A stretch of 62,050 nt of DNA, counting the filler, from Globobulimina sp. (Eukaryota): NCBI GenBank assembly GCA_003354225.1. It is 17 parts of 17 records of this genome, joined end to end, with 100 filler letters (N's around TTAATTAATTAA, not from the genome) between each part and the next. Parts side by side here need not be neighbours in the genome. Positions count along the whole stretch, not along the records: positions 32,923 to 36,477 come from PIVH01002518.1; positions 36,578 to 40,132 come from PIVH01002519.1; positions 40,233 to 43,786 come from PIVH01002520.1; positions 43,887 to 47,440 come from PIVH01002521.1; 13 more parts are not named here. The stretch is one strand, 5' to 3'. Of this stretch, positions 34,266 to 45,586 are shown in pieces. The translations under genes and the position numbers were made by a program. Under the pieces are notes generated by a model. The model saw nothing but the letters and a program-made list of their open reading frames with translations, did not search any database and had not been told where the DNA came from. Position 1 is the stretch's first letter. Every line of letters begins with the position of its first letter.

Positions 34266-35706
34266 ATGAGAAACATTATCTGTATATTAATGTTGTTTGT
34301 ATACATAAATCCATTATCAACGGACAAATCCGCAAGTCCAGGCGCCTCACAATCAGCATCCAACAGTTTAAGTGGTAGTACATCACACTCAGTATCCAAC
34401 AGTAACAGTTCAAGTGGAAGTGAATCAGATGATTCATCGAGTAGTTCAAATTCGGATTTCTCATCATGTACTGATCAATCATTATGTTTAAACACTGATA
34501 TAATCCAAACAATATCTGGTGAGTCTGTACAATATCAAATCTGTTTAATTTACGACCCTTCTTTACCAGGTTGTGCATCATCAGAGGCTGTCCATTATGG
34601 TTGTTCATCGCCAACAGACTCAGTCATAACAGATATACTTTCAACTCAATCTCTGTGTAACACTGTAAACTGTGGTGAAAACGCAATATTTGCCTTTCAA
34701 GATGGTAAAGGTTGTAAATCAGACGATGTTAATGTAACAAATGTAACAGTAGGCACAATGACAGATATATCATGTAATTACCCTACAAATGGTAGCAATT
34801 ATTGTTATAATAAAAGTAGCAAAAAGAAAAAAGAATGTATATGGACTGTCCCAGCACCGCAATGTACACAATCTGCAATCGTTTCTGTGGAAAAAAATCC
34901 AACAACATCACCTTCACAAAATCCGACAAAATCCCACCACAAAATCACCAACAAAATCACCAACAGCATATCCATCATCCTCTCCATCGGAGAATCCAAC
35001 ATTAAAACCATCAGAATCGCCAACACAAAATCCATCAACACCCTCTCCAACACATCCTGATGAATTAACGTGTGGCGAGACCGTAACTGGTCCCTATAAT
35101 GGTATTGCTGTATTGATTGAGGCAAATATACCATTTGATGGCTCATTAACTATTGATACCACTGGTTGTAATTTTAATATTGTTGCAATACAAGCCATTG
35201 ATAATAATGACGGTTCAGAGAGTAAAGGTGGTGTATTATCCGATGATAATAAGGATGGTGTATTACAATTGAGTGAGGTGACAAGTGGTGATTATTTGTT
35301 TCGTATCGAAGGGGAGAGTGTAAGTGGTCGTATATTTGTGATCGATATACAATGTGTGGAGAAAGTAGCGAACGAAGCACAAGTAATAGTTGGCGATGAG
35401 AAGTCAGAGAAGAAGGAAATGAATGCATTTCAGGTTGCTGATGAAAGAGGTGATGGTGATGGCGGGAATAGTAAAATTGGGCTGATTATTGGGGTGACTC
35501 TCATTTGTGCGATATGTTGTTTTCTTATTGTATTTGGGGTATATTATTATAGAGAGAGAGTGAAGGAGAAATATAGGAGTTATCGGAGTGTTGCTGCAAA
35601 TGATACAGATAATACGGACAGTACTGATTCTCTTATTGCTCATGGAGATGATATCGAATCTGATGATGCATTTGAGAATAATCGAGAAAATCAACAACTT
35701 GTATAA
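34266..35706 (+). CDS. Type I surface protein: signal peptide, Ser-rich and Cys-rich domains, PT-repeat stalk, TM; one frameshift
   Basis: ORFs 34233..35060 and 34789..35706 switch frame at ~34930 inside 12-nt P-T-x-x repeats. Confidence 0.65.
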
Positions 35707-36174
35707 CATTATATATTATTTTTGTACAATTTATTACTTTGTTTTGGTTTGTTTTAGTTTGTTTTAGTTTGTTTGTTTTAGTTTGTTTTGGTTTTGAATA
35801 CTTTTGTTTTTCAAGATTACAAAGTGGAAATACAACCTTTCGGGCCTACACAAGTTAAATAGGCCCTAAATAGGTTTTTCCGAAACACCCCATGGAGATT
35901 TACATAAGTACAAGGATAATGTATACAGTTTCGAAAGAAGAGTGTTTCCAACTATGTAAATTTTTGTGACAAATCAAATGGGGGTTCGGAGGGTTGTTAT
36001 CTATCGGACTTCTAGGGTTGTTGTTATATATCGGCTGTGAACTTGAAACATTTTCCGATTTTTGAAACAGTGCCTTGTTAGTTTTTAAAAATTTGAAACT
36101 AAAAGGAACCGTATCACCATCTCCCGTGTGTGCGAGGATAATATATGTGTAGTTAATAGTTATTGATAACTGAA

Positions 36175-36477
36175 TTATTGATATAATGATGTAATATTAA
36201 CAGTACCACAACTTTTTACTGTTAAAGATCCATTGAATGATCTGTTTACAACCGGTATATGCACATCCAAGGCATGGCAATGTCCCACAGTGAATGTGCT
36301 GAGATAAAGCTCTTTCCCTGGCGTACAATATGAACCCTCAAACAATACGATTTGAACGGTATTATTTTCAGCAAAACATTGTTCAATTTCAAATGAAAGT
36401 ATATCCACAGCATTACAATCTTCAGTTTCATTAAATCTGATTGGAACAGCTCCGATTTTGCATGTTTTTGATAAGAT
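36175..36477 (-). CDS. 3' end of a Cys-containing protein, truncated by the contig edge
   Basis: Open frame ending ...LTVKSCGTVNITSLYQ*. Confidence 0.4.
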   Translation of the reverse strand: MLSKTCKIGAVPIRFNETEDCNAVDILSFEIEQCFAENNTVQIVLFEGSYCTPGKELYLSTFTVGHCHALDVHIPVVNRSFNGSLTVKSCGTVNITSLYQ

Positions 36478-36577
36478 NNNNNNNNNNNNNNNNNNNNNNN
36501 NNNNNNNNNNNNNNNNNNNNNTTAATTAATTAANNNNNNNNNNNNNNNNNNNNNNNNNNNNNNNNNNNNNNNNNNNN

Positions 36578-39520
36578 TAATTACATAATAAATCTGATCC
36601 AAAATCGCATCATTCTCGCAAATATACGCCGGCGAAAATACAGCACATAAACGCTGCAACAATGTCCTCGGTTTTTGTTGAATATCCTCTGTGCAGCCGT
36701 TAAATGCTTCAATTTGCCCCACCACAAAGGCTCGTACTTGGGCCTGATTACTGCACGGCGCGCCGGAGAGCATATGGTGCACACATTCGACTAATATCAG
36801 CCATATATGCGAGAATTCCCGCGTAGGCAGCACGTGATAGGCAGACACACAGACACTTAATGTGTCCAATAAGCCCGCTGCGATTAACTCGGTGAAAATG
36901 GCAGAACGCGATTGTGGGTCCGTGATACTTTTAGTCCGCGTCAAAAATTCCGATAAAAAGCGAAATAAAACGCCATCGGGAGCACTGAATAATTCTCGCC
37001 GGTTTTCCTGTCGACGATGCATTGCTAAGATAGCACATTTTTAGCGTGTTTTGCATGCAGCAAAAGTAAAAAAAATACAGTACCTTGAAAATATTCGTCA
37101 TCTTGGTATAATATGTCCTTTTCTTCCTCGATATTGCTGTTATCATCTTGCATATTATCGTCGTTATCGTCAGTTATATGTCCATTTAACACAGCTTTAT
37201 TCTCGCCGTTTGCCGCTGTATTTGTCACATTTTCTGCAGTGTCGTCAATGGACACTGTCCTTGAAATGTTGCGTAGCGGCAACATTGCATCCATGTCATT
37301 TTCCTCATTCGTAGGCGTTAACGGCAACGTTGGCGATTTCTGCACGATCGCTTTTACACTGTTCAGCTGTGTCAAAGGTATGATGCCGTAATGTGTGCTG
37401 CAACTTTGCTTAATTTTATTGAACAGACAGTGTAAAAAGGCCGTATCCTCGGCGATAGTCTCACAAATCAATGAGTTATATCTCGCGATTTGATGGTTTA
37501 TAATATGAAAACATTGCTGCTCCAAATCCAATTTGCCCAACAATACACAATCCCGCACATAGTTTAACTTATAAACATACTCAATTTCCTCATACAACTC
37601 CTCTCCGTCCATCAATTCAATCTCTTTCAACTTCTCCACACGTGCAAGCTTCAGAAAATTGCGATGTTTATACGACAGCGCAATGCCTCCACCGCCGCCA
37701 CCATCGCAGCCGCACGCATTGATCCTGCGAATGGGGTCATATTCCAACATAGCAATGCATTTAGAAATGAATTCCTTGCCCAAATACACCATCATTAACT
37801 GCGTGCTGTTGCGCTGCGGAGAGTGTCCAAACGATCCATTTAATAGTTGCGCCAATGAAGTATGCATTATGTACCCCAATTGTTGCTGTGCTATGGCGTC
37901 GAATTTGGATTTCAATCGACTTGTATTACCATCCTCTTTCTTTTTCAATTTGATCCCCGTGCTCTCCCTACAACATTCCAACACGATCATGAACACAAAC
38001 TCCAACGGATGATAACTGCGAGTGTCCTCATCCACGCTCGGCGGCAAACTCGTTAATGACGCCGTGGATAATCGAGGGGTGACTGAGGGACTGCGCACTT
38101 TCTCCAATTTGGGCAAAGGTGACGGTGACGGCGACGGCGACGCTGCTTTGGCTGTGCTGTTGATATCGATGGTGATTGGCGGTGGCGATATGGCGTGTTT
38201 GTGCGTGATGTTTAGGTCGTTTATACGTTGGATTTGCTGCTGTTCCAAGGCGAGGAACACTTTGTATAACGCAGCTCGCCATGGCTTGGATGCCATGGTG
38301 GTTAAGGCAGACATGTCCTTGCTTTCCACGGCGAGCTTAACTTTGCTGTACACCTCGCATAGATTGAGTTGAGTGGGGACGGGGATTTCTAGTTTTTTCT
38401 GTTTTTGGGAGTGAGAACGGCATTATGTACAAGTGATTGGGTAAAGTAACTTTTTTCGCTTTTTTCTGAGTGCGCATGGTCAGCTTTTGCAGGAATTGCG
38501 TGCCGCCGTCGTCTTCGTCGCTGGAGGTGTCGGTGGTTTGTGTGTCGTCAGCGGCGTCTTTCTCTTTTTTGGTGGAGATGCGGTCATCGTTATTCTTTTC
38601 AAAATAGCTTTTCTTTTTACTTTTTTTTCGGTTGAGGTTGTGGTTTGGTTCTGTTTTGACAATATTTTCGTCGATGTTTATGTCAATATCATCGTCGCTA
38701 TGCTCCTGCTGTCCATTTGGTGCATTTATAGGAGTTTCATCGTCGTTGCAGTCGCTTAAAAAAGTGGTCAATAATTCATTGGAATCGTTGCTGTTCTTTT
38801 CATTCATACAAATATCATCGTCGTCTGAGTCAAAGTGAATATTATCCGATTTATGTGGCTTTGCATTGCTTTTATTCTCCTCATTGGTGCCATGGGCCTT
38901 TATGCAACCAATTAAATTCCACAATTCTGTGCATTTTGTTTTGTGTTGGAAGGATATGGCGCGTTCAATCTGGCCATGGCGAGATTTGTCATGTACTGAA
39001 TCACTGGAATCCAACCACTGAATAATGCTCTCTCCCTGTCACATATTACAAAAACAGATCAATTGATGGCTACGCCACATATATGCCAGAGATACAAACC
39101 TGTTTATCGTATAAAATCTGATTAGTCGCAGTGTGTTCCAACAATAAAATGGATTTTTCATCCTTGACAGGTTCAGACATGATGGTGATTTGGATGGTTT
39201 TGTGGTTGCTGTCCTTGCTTAGTTCAAAGTGGATGCATCCCGTTCCCTCATCGTGCCAATTGCCGTCATCTGTCAATTCATACAATTTGACACGATATTC
39301 CTTATTTAAATGGTCATGTGACTGGTGGCAATTTGCTGTGTGTTCCCGGAATGGATTTGGATTTATTTGTTTATGTTTGATTTTCGAGTGCCAGGATAAG
39401 TAATGGAATACCTGAATTGCGAAGCTGTTTGCAGTCAGAATCTGATTTTACATCGTCATCAATACTGAGTGATATGATTGGCGCTTCGGCCGACGATTTA
39501 GGTTTGGTGGCGGTGGTCAT
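36578..39520 (-). CDS. PPP4R3: Protein phosphatase 4 regulatory subunit 3 (SMEK/Psy2) homolog, multi-exon, partial
   Basis: EVH1-like YRVKLYELTDDGNWHDEGTG and SMK-1 region MLEYDP...HRNFL...YKLNYVRDCVL. Introns include 37083..37025. One homopolymer frameshift at ~38405. Confidence 0.8.
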
Positions 39521-40132
39521 GCCTTTGCGTCTCAAGGTTCATTATTAGGTCCTATCCTACATGAATTTAAAGAAAAAAAATCAGAACTCATAGCTAATCT
39601 ATTTGCGATATACTCTAAGAACCTTTTGAAAAAAAGTATCAAGCCCCCTTCATCACCTCCTGATACTCGAGTTACCATTCAAGGTGGAATAGGTACTGCT
39701 GATGAACAAAATCTACTTCTCAATTACTATAACGTAGACGGCACAGGATGGGGAACCCCATTTTTGTTAGCTCCTGATGTAACCAATCTTGATCCTGAGC
39801 ATATGCAAAAGTTAATTGATGCTACTGAATCTGATGTATTTTTAAGTAATAGCTCTCCACTTGGTGTTCCTTTTTGGAATTTAAAAACATCAAAAAGTGA
39901 ACAGGTACGTAATGATAGGATTAAGAAGGACAAACCTGGTTCAAGTTGTCCAAAAGGATATTTAGTTTCTAATTCTGAGTTTACAAAAGTTCCTATTTGC
40001 CATGCATCACGAGTATTCCAGAAACGTAAACTCAAAGCAATAGATACAGACAGCACAAATTCAGACAATTTCACTAAACAACTCATTAAATTTCTGTGTC
40101 ATTGTTTGATTCTTGAAAACAGTTATGGAAAT
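39512..40132 (+). CDS. Fragment of a bacterial conserved hypothetical (TIM-barrel oxidoreductase-like) protein
   Basis: Intronless frame GGHAFASQGSLLGPILHEFK...TIQGGIGT...GTGWGTPFLL...SPLGVPF...PGSSCPK begins mid-domain, abutting the eukaryotic gene. Confidence 0.65.
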
Positions 40133-40799
40133 NNNNNNNNNNNNNNNNNNNNNNNNNNNNNNNNNNNNNNNNNNNNTTAATTAATTAANNNNNNNNNNNN
40201 NNNNNNNNNNNNNNNNNNNNNNNNNNNNNNNNCTTTTTGGTGGGACTTTTGATGATACATTTGATCTATTTCGGGTTATGTGCAAATTGAAAAATTGATT
40301 GGTATTAATTTTTGAATTTTGAAATATACAGAAATTTATAGTTATAATTAATTGGAGCGGAATTTGGAATTAATTGGATAAAAGGGGCCCCGATAAAATT
40401 ATAAAAATTGTCAAAAGAGAAAACAGGCAAAAAAACAAGCTGTAAAAATTAATATTGGAAAAGTTACAAAATGATGAATTAAGTTAAGTTTTTTTTTTTA
40501 GTTTGTTGGGTTCAGCAGTAGTTTTTCTCATCTTTATCATGACAGCTCACAAACATGGTCCGGTCCGATTGCTTAAAATTAATAGATCCGACTGATCCCA
40601 CTCAAACAATACGAAAATGTCTGCGATGAATGCGATTCTAAATGTGATCGTGAAATGAATGCGATAAAATTTACCGGTAAGATCGTAAATAAATTGATTT
40701 TGATATTCGAGATGGTGCCATACAGAGTGTGGACGCATTACGCAAAGCAATGTCGATTCGATTGTTATTCATTGATATTTGACATCTAATATTTATAAA

Positions 40800-42050
40800 A
40801 TGCATCCATCAAACATTGAAGGCGCACTTCTTCTTCGGGTGCGATTGTCCGACGAAAGTCGTAGATTGGCACAAATTGATCATTTATCTGATGCTTGTGC
40901 CAGAGGTAATACATCAACAGCAATCTCGAAAATAATTAATGGCATAACATCGAATCATGTCCGAAATCAATTGGAAACGCAACAAACTATATCAAAACCT
41001 GACACGTTCGGTCGCAGTGCATTGCATTATGCTGCTATGAAAGGTAGAAAATCTGTCGTGACCCTATTATTGCAGAACAATTTTAATCCAAATTGCGAAG
41101 ATGTGCATGGTTCTTATCCCTTACATTTAGCCATACAATCGAATCGCTATGATGCTGCAATTGAATTATGCAAAACAACTAAACCAAATGTAACCAACTA
41201 CAACCAGCAAAGTGCCATTTTGCTACTGAGCAAAAACCGGTATCATCCAAAAATGCTTGAGTTGCTATCGGAATTAATAAAACACAAAAACGACATTAAT
41301 TTAGCAGATAGTCGACAATGCAATGCTTTATTTTATTCAGTCGATAAACCATTATTAGTTGAACAGTTATTAAAGCATGGAATCGATGTAAATCACAGAG
41401 ATGGATTTAACAGAAACGCTTTGTTCAATGCGGTCTATGGAACAAATCAAGAAGTTACCGAATTGTTAGTCAGTGCAGGATCGAATATAGAAATAAAGGA
41501 TGATTTTGAACACACTCCTTTAATGTTGGCAGCATGTTTTGGTGGCGTTGAAATTACGAAAACATTGATAAAACATGGCGCGAATGTTAATGCTGTGATG
41601 GATTCGGATTCGTGGCACGTATCTCCGTTATCATTGGCCATAAAGCATACTAATTATGACGTTGCTAAAGTACTGGTGGCCCGCGGTGCTGATTTGGAAA
41701 TGGATGTTGCAGCCAATGAGACCCTTTGGGATTTATTAGAATATGATTTTGATTATGATGGCGATATTGAAATGAAAGATGTTGGACACGATCTTGTTGA
41801 GTTAACAGATAATATGGATTTGGAAGTTTATTCTTTCGGAGAATGTGCTAAATTTAACCCCGATCGCGGTTTTTGGAAGAAAGTGGAAAGACATTGGAAG
41901 AATCAAAGAAGACAGTCGCTGTTGAAGTATCTGGAAGAAACTCAAACGCAGCGCAAAATGCAAAGTTTAATTGACACAGAATTAGTCAACAAATTGAAAA
42001 TCCCAAAAGCTGTTCTTAAGCTCATTGCATCCCCTTTAGCCTGGTTCTAA
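40800..42050 (+). CDS. Ankyrin-repeat protein
   Basis: About 7 repeats (GRSALHYAA, GSYPLHLA, TPLMLAA, SPLSLA). Confidence 0.9.
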   Translation: MHPSNIEGALLLRVRLSDESRRLAQIDHLSDACARGNTSTAISKIINGITSNHVRNQLETQQTISKPDTFGRSALHYAAMKGRKSVVTLLLQNNFNPNCEDVHGSYPLHLAIQSNRYDAAIELCKTTKPNVTNYNQQSAILLLSKNRYHPKMLELLSELIKHKNDINLADSRQCNALFYSVDKPLLVEQLLKHGIDVNHRDGFNRNALFNAVYGTNQEVTELLVSAGSNIEIKDDFEHTPLMLAACFGGVEITKTLIKHGANVNAVMDSDSWHVSPLSLAIKHTNYDVAKVLVARGADLEMDVAANETLWDLLEYDFDYDGDIEMKDVGHDLVELTDNMDLEVYSFGECAKFNPDRGFWKKVERHWKNQRRQSLLKYLEETQTQRKMQSLIDTELVNKLKIPKAVLKLIASPLAWF

Positions 42051-42130
42051 TAATTATGTTTTGAAACAATTTTTTGATCGTTTAGTGAAGTGAAGTGAAT
42101 ATTAGTGACTTTTTTCTGTGTTTTTGAAGA

Positions 42131-43579
42131 ATGCCTTTTGCGTTTGACATTAACAAAATATCCATACTACACAGCATTGTTGATCTTGTGGGCTTAGTGT
42201 ATGTAACAGCATGGAACTTACAAATTTTAGTTGCATGCCTTATATTTGGTGTCATGATATTAAATGCGTGGCAGTCCACTTATTCATTTGTCCGAGACAA
42301 AATTCATGGAATAAAGAAATTTAGCATCGGGTTATTCCATTCATCATTGCAATTATTACCTTTTTCGTTATCATTGGCATATTATGATAGCAATGATGTG
42401 TTCATGAATGCCTTATTTATTACAATATGTTTATCATTTGCGGTCATCATTTATTTTGATAGTAAGAAAATGAACAATGACTCGGATAATAACACGCGAA
42501 TACATGAAATATTTTGTTTATGCATTATATTGGATTATGTCAATGCTTTATCAATGATTTTATGCAAATTATACACCACAAATAATTATTATTTTTATAA
42601 ATTTATCCTTTCATCGTATCCATTTTGTATCGGTCTATCATTTGCAATCTGTAATTGGGAGTATATGAATTGGCTTAGAATCATCAAACGACGCAATTTT
42701 GAAACACTCCGCAAATTTGGCATTGGTTTATGGTTTTTGTTTATTTTAGTCATTTTATATCCGGTTGGCATGGAGTGTGCCAATGCGTGTTGGATTATAT
42801 TTATTTATTTTGAATTTCTAACAAAATTGAGGCATTCCAGGAGATTTGATGAGAGTTTGAAGGATGACTTAGTTGGATGGCTGAATGAACATAAAAATGA
42901 TTTGTTGACTAAAATCTGTATTATCAATCACGTGCAACTTGTGTCTCATCGGAATAACGACGAAGTCGCATTGTATCTTTATCTTCAACATCATTGTGAG
43001 AATAATAAATTTTATAAAAATGTTTGTTGGAATGCCTTCAAAAACAAGTCACAGAAATTTAAAAACAGGAATTTAGCAAAAACGGTCATTGAGGCATTGG
43101 CGGAATATTCCAGAATACACAGATTATGCGGTACTGCAATGCAAAAATGGCAAACCTTTAAAATGAATAAATCGACGCGGACATTTATGCCGTTTATTGA
43201 GAAAATATGGGAGATTGGTTCGGTTGTTCTGTTGTCATTTTATGCAGTTAGTTGTGTGTTGAATGTGTTCGTATGGCCAGTTATTACAATATGTGTCATG
43301 TATGCCACATTAAATATGCATCAGACAGGTTTTATAATTTTATATTGGTTAATTGCCTCGGTTGTGGTGTATAAATTGTATGTGATGATTCATTATGAAC
43401 GAATGATGTGGTATATCACACCGGATTTGTCGCAAGCAAAGCGAGCACAAACTCAAACCTATAAAAAGTATTATAAGTTTATAAAAGAGGATTTTATACA
43501 ATTCAAGAACATTTTAGCTGATGTGTTGGGAGATGATATTGCAAATATAGTTTTATTGTATGCACCAGATTTTTATTGA
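42131..43579 (+). CDS. Hypothetical multi-pass membrane protein
   Basis: 482-aa ORF with many hydrophobic segments and C-terminal VLGDDIANIVLLY. Resembles 54975..56203. Confidence 0.65.
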   Translation: MPFAFDINKISILHSIVDLVGLVYVTAWNLQILVACLIFGVMILNAWQSTYSFVRDKIHGIKKFSIGLFHSSLQLLPFSLSLAYYDSNDVFMNALFITICLSFAVIIYFDSKKMNNDSDNNTRIHEIFCLCIILDYVNALSMILCKLYTTNNYYFYKFILSSYPFCIGLSFAICNWEYMNWLRIIKRRNFETLRKFGIGLWFLFILVILYPVGMECANACWIIFIYFEFLTKLRHSRRFDESLKDDLVGWLNEHKNDLLTKICIINHVQLVSHRNNDEVALYLYLQHHCENNKFYKNVCWNAFKNKSQKFKNRNLAKTVIEALAEYSRIHRLCGTAMQKWQTFKMNKSTRTFMPFIEKIWEIGSVVLLSFYAVSCVLNVFVWPVITICVMYATLNMHQTGFIILYWLIASVVVYKLYVMIHYERMMWYITPDLSQAKRAQTQTYKKYYKFIKEDFIQFKNILADVLGDDIANIVLLYAPDFY

Positions 43580-43886
43580 ATGTGTGGTGTGTTTTGTGGG
43601 TGAGGTGGGTGAGGTGGGCGTGGTGGGGCTGATTTACGATATTTATATTACAACATTTAATTTTGTTTAATTAAAAATCAAATGCAATTTTGCTTCTTCT
43701 TGATCTTGATCTTGGAACATGGAATCTTTTGTTCTGCAATAAAATAAACAAAACTATTTTAACTTTACTGTTTTTCTTCTTCTTGTNNNNNNNNNNNNNN
43801 NNNNNNNNNNNNNNNNNNNNNNNNNNNNNNTTAATTAATTAANNNNNNNNNNNNNNNNNNNNNNNNNNNNNNNNNNNNNNNNNNNN

Positions 43887-44086
43887 CCTTGTACCAAACT
43901 AAAAATGACGGTAATTACGGGGAATGTAAAACTAAGAGCTGCTAATTCACGATCTCCCAGCATACCTACATAGTACAAATCCACAAGGTTAAAAGCTACC
44001 ATACTTATAATACCAATGAGCATTGGTAGTGTAAGCTTAATTAAGTGCTTTAGTATGGAGCCGGTCGTTAAATCAGTTGATTTCAT
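43887..44086 (-). CDS. Bacterial MATE efflux transporter, N-terminal fragment
   Basis: MKSTDLTTGSILKHLIKLTLPMLIG...FNLVDLYYVGMLG..ELAALSFTFPV. Confidence 0.88.
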
Positions 44087-44143
44087 TTACAAAATGCAAG
44101 CCGCAAAAGTCATCATTTATAGCTCATGCAATTACAGTTTCCA

Positions 44144-44180
44144 AAAATAAAACCCCGGTCAAATTTCTTCAACCGGGGCC
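44144..44180 (-). terminator. Bacterial intrinsic terminator upstream of the MATE gene
   Basis: Minus strand CCCCGGT-loop-ACCGGGG followed by TTTTATTTTT. Confidence 0.6.
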
Positions 44181-44241
44181 CATTCAAATAATTAAATCAA
44201 GGAATGTTATTTATTTAAAATTTCAGTAAACAAAATTAAAG

Positions 44242-45279
44242 TTATTTAAATATTTTAGTACAAGTTGGTATCGTATGCGACGAATTACCACATAAACAAA
44301 TATGAGCTCTGTCCTGGTTTCCTGCTTTGCAAAATAAACCATTTTTTACTGAGCAACTTTCTTCATTCATATGATGTGCTGCACAGATTTTGCCATTTAA
44401 TTTTTGTTTATATTCTGGTTTGAGATTCGGGCGTATTGAATCCATCCATAATTTGAATCGATTTGTTCTCTGTGATCTTTCATGAGGACTTAAACCATTT
44501 CTCCTCGATGGAGTTTTATATTTTGGTATAGTCCCCACTTTATTCCCAGCCGTTTTATTTGTGGCTTTTTGATGGTCCGCGATTTGTTTTTGTGTTTTTA
44601 ATAATTTTGCATGATCGTATAATAAGGGAAAAGTATGTTGCATCCATATGGGATCATTTAATGTCATGTTTAATTTATTCAAATTCAATTGTTGTCTTAA
44701 ATGTGTGTCTTGTACATCAACAATGATTGATGTCTTGAACTTATATGATTTGAGCAACGCTGTATTTAAAAATGTATAAAATAACTGAGCATCCAATTGT
44801 TGATCATCCACCAAAGTGGTTATGATGTCATTAAATTGTCTCCAGTCATTAATAGCGACTGAAATCATACGCGAATAACTCTCAATTTCCCGCGTTGCTT
44901 TACAATTTATTGATTTCTTAATATACAATCTCTTTAATTGTGTGATAATATCTTGTCTGTTATGTATCAAATATAACGACCATACACTTAATAATCTCTG
45001 TACTTCTATAATGAAAGCAAAAATATTCTCTTTCATTTGAAAAATATTATTTATCGTCGATGTAATATTGACTCGCGTTAATTTTTGTGTTTGTTCAGCG
45101 TATCGTATAATGTTTAACATCACTTTCGTAATAACATTCGGATTTATTCGCCATATCCAATATAAAACGTCAGATTCCGATGCAGATTTTTTGTCTAATT
45201 TAGACATTTTTAATTTTTTCTTCTTTTTGCCAGAATTTGGCTCATCACTGTCATCTGAATCTGTTATGTATACAAACAA
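44242..45279 (-). CDS. Gag-like protein with C-terminal Cys/His knuckle (DIRS/Ngaro-like)
   Basis: Ends ICAAHHMNEESC..NGLFC......AHICLCGNSSH....C. A probable splice acceptor at 45262..45261 suggests an upstream exon. Confidence 0.45.
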   Translation of the reverse strand: MFVYITDSDDSDEPNSGKKKKKLKMSKLDKKSASESDVLYWIWRINPNVITKVMLNIIRYAEQTQKLTRVNITSTINNIFQMKENIFAFIIEVQRLLSVWSLYLIHNRQDIITQLKRLYIKKSINCKATREIESYSRMISVAINDWRQFNDIITTLVDDQQLDAQLFYTFLNTALLKSYKFKTSIIVDVQDTHLRQQLNLNKLNMTLNDPIWMQHTFPLLYDHAKLLKTQKQIADHQKATNKTAGNKVGTIPKYKTPSRRNGLSPHERSQRTNRFKLWMDSIRPNLKPEYKQKLNGKICAAHHMNEESCSVKNGLFCKAGNQDRAHICLCGNSSHTIPTCTKIFK

Positions 45280-45586
45280 TTTATGATTTATGCATTGGTA
45301 ATTAATTAAACTCTGTTTATTGAGTTATGAATGATTAAAGAATGGATCAGATGGAGTATGTGGTGCGATTTCTATCCATCCGATTTCTTATCATTATTAA
45401 TCCTGTCTTATGTCAACCCGTTGCCAGGGACACATATTGACAATAATAGATATCAGAAATTAGTTAAAATTATAAATAATTTTGCGAAAAAAAATGAGGA
45501 GACAAAAACGTTTCTCTCCACGGAAACGTTTTATATTTGTAATGACAAACAGGACAAATCCAAAGTCATCAACGTGAATAAGCATA

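Noticed and set aside
38395-38415. Programmed frameshift in PP4R3 (and at ~34930)
   Set aside because: Both fall in homopolymer or short tandem repeats. Sequencing or assembly slippage is simpler.
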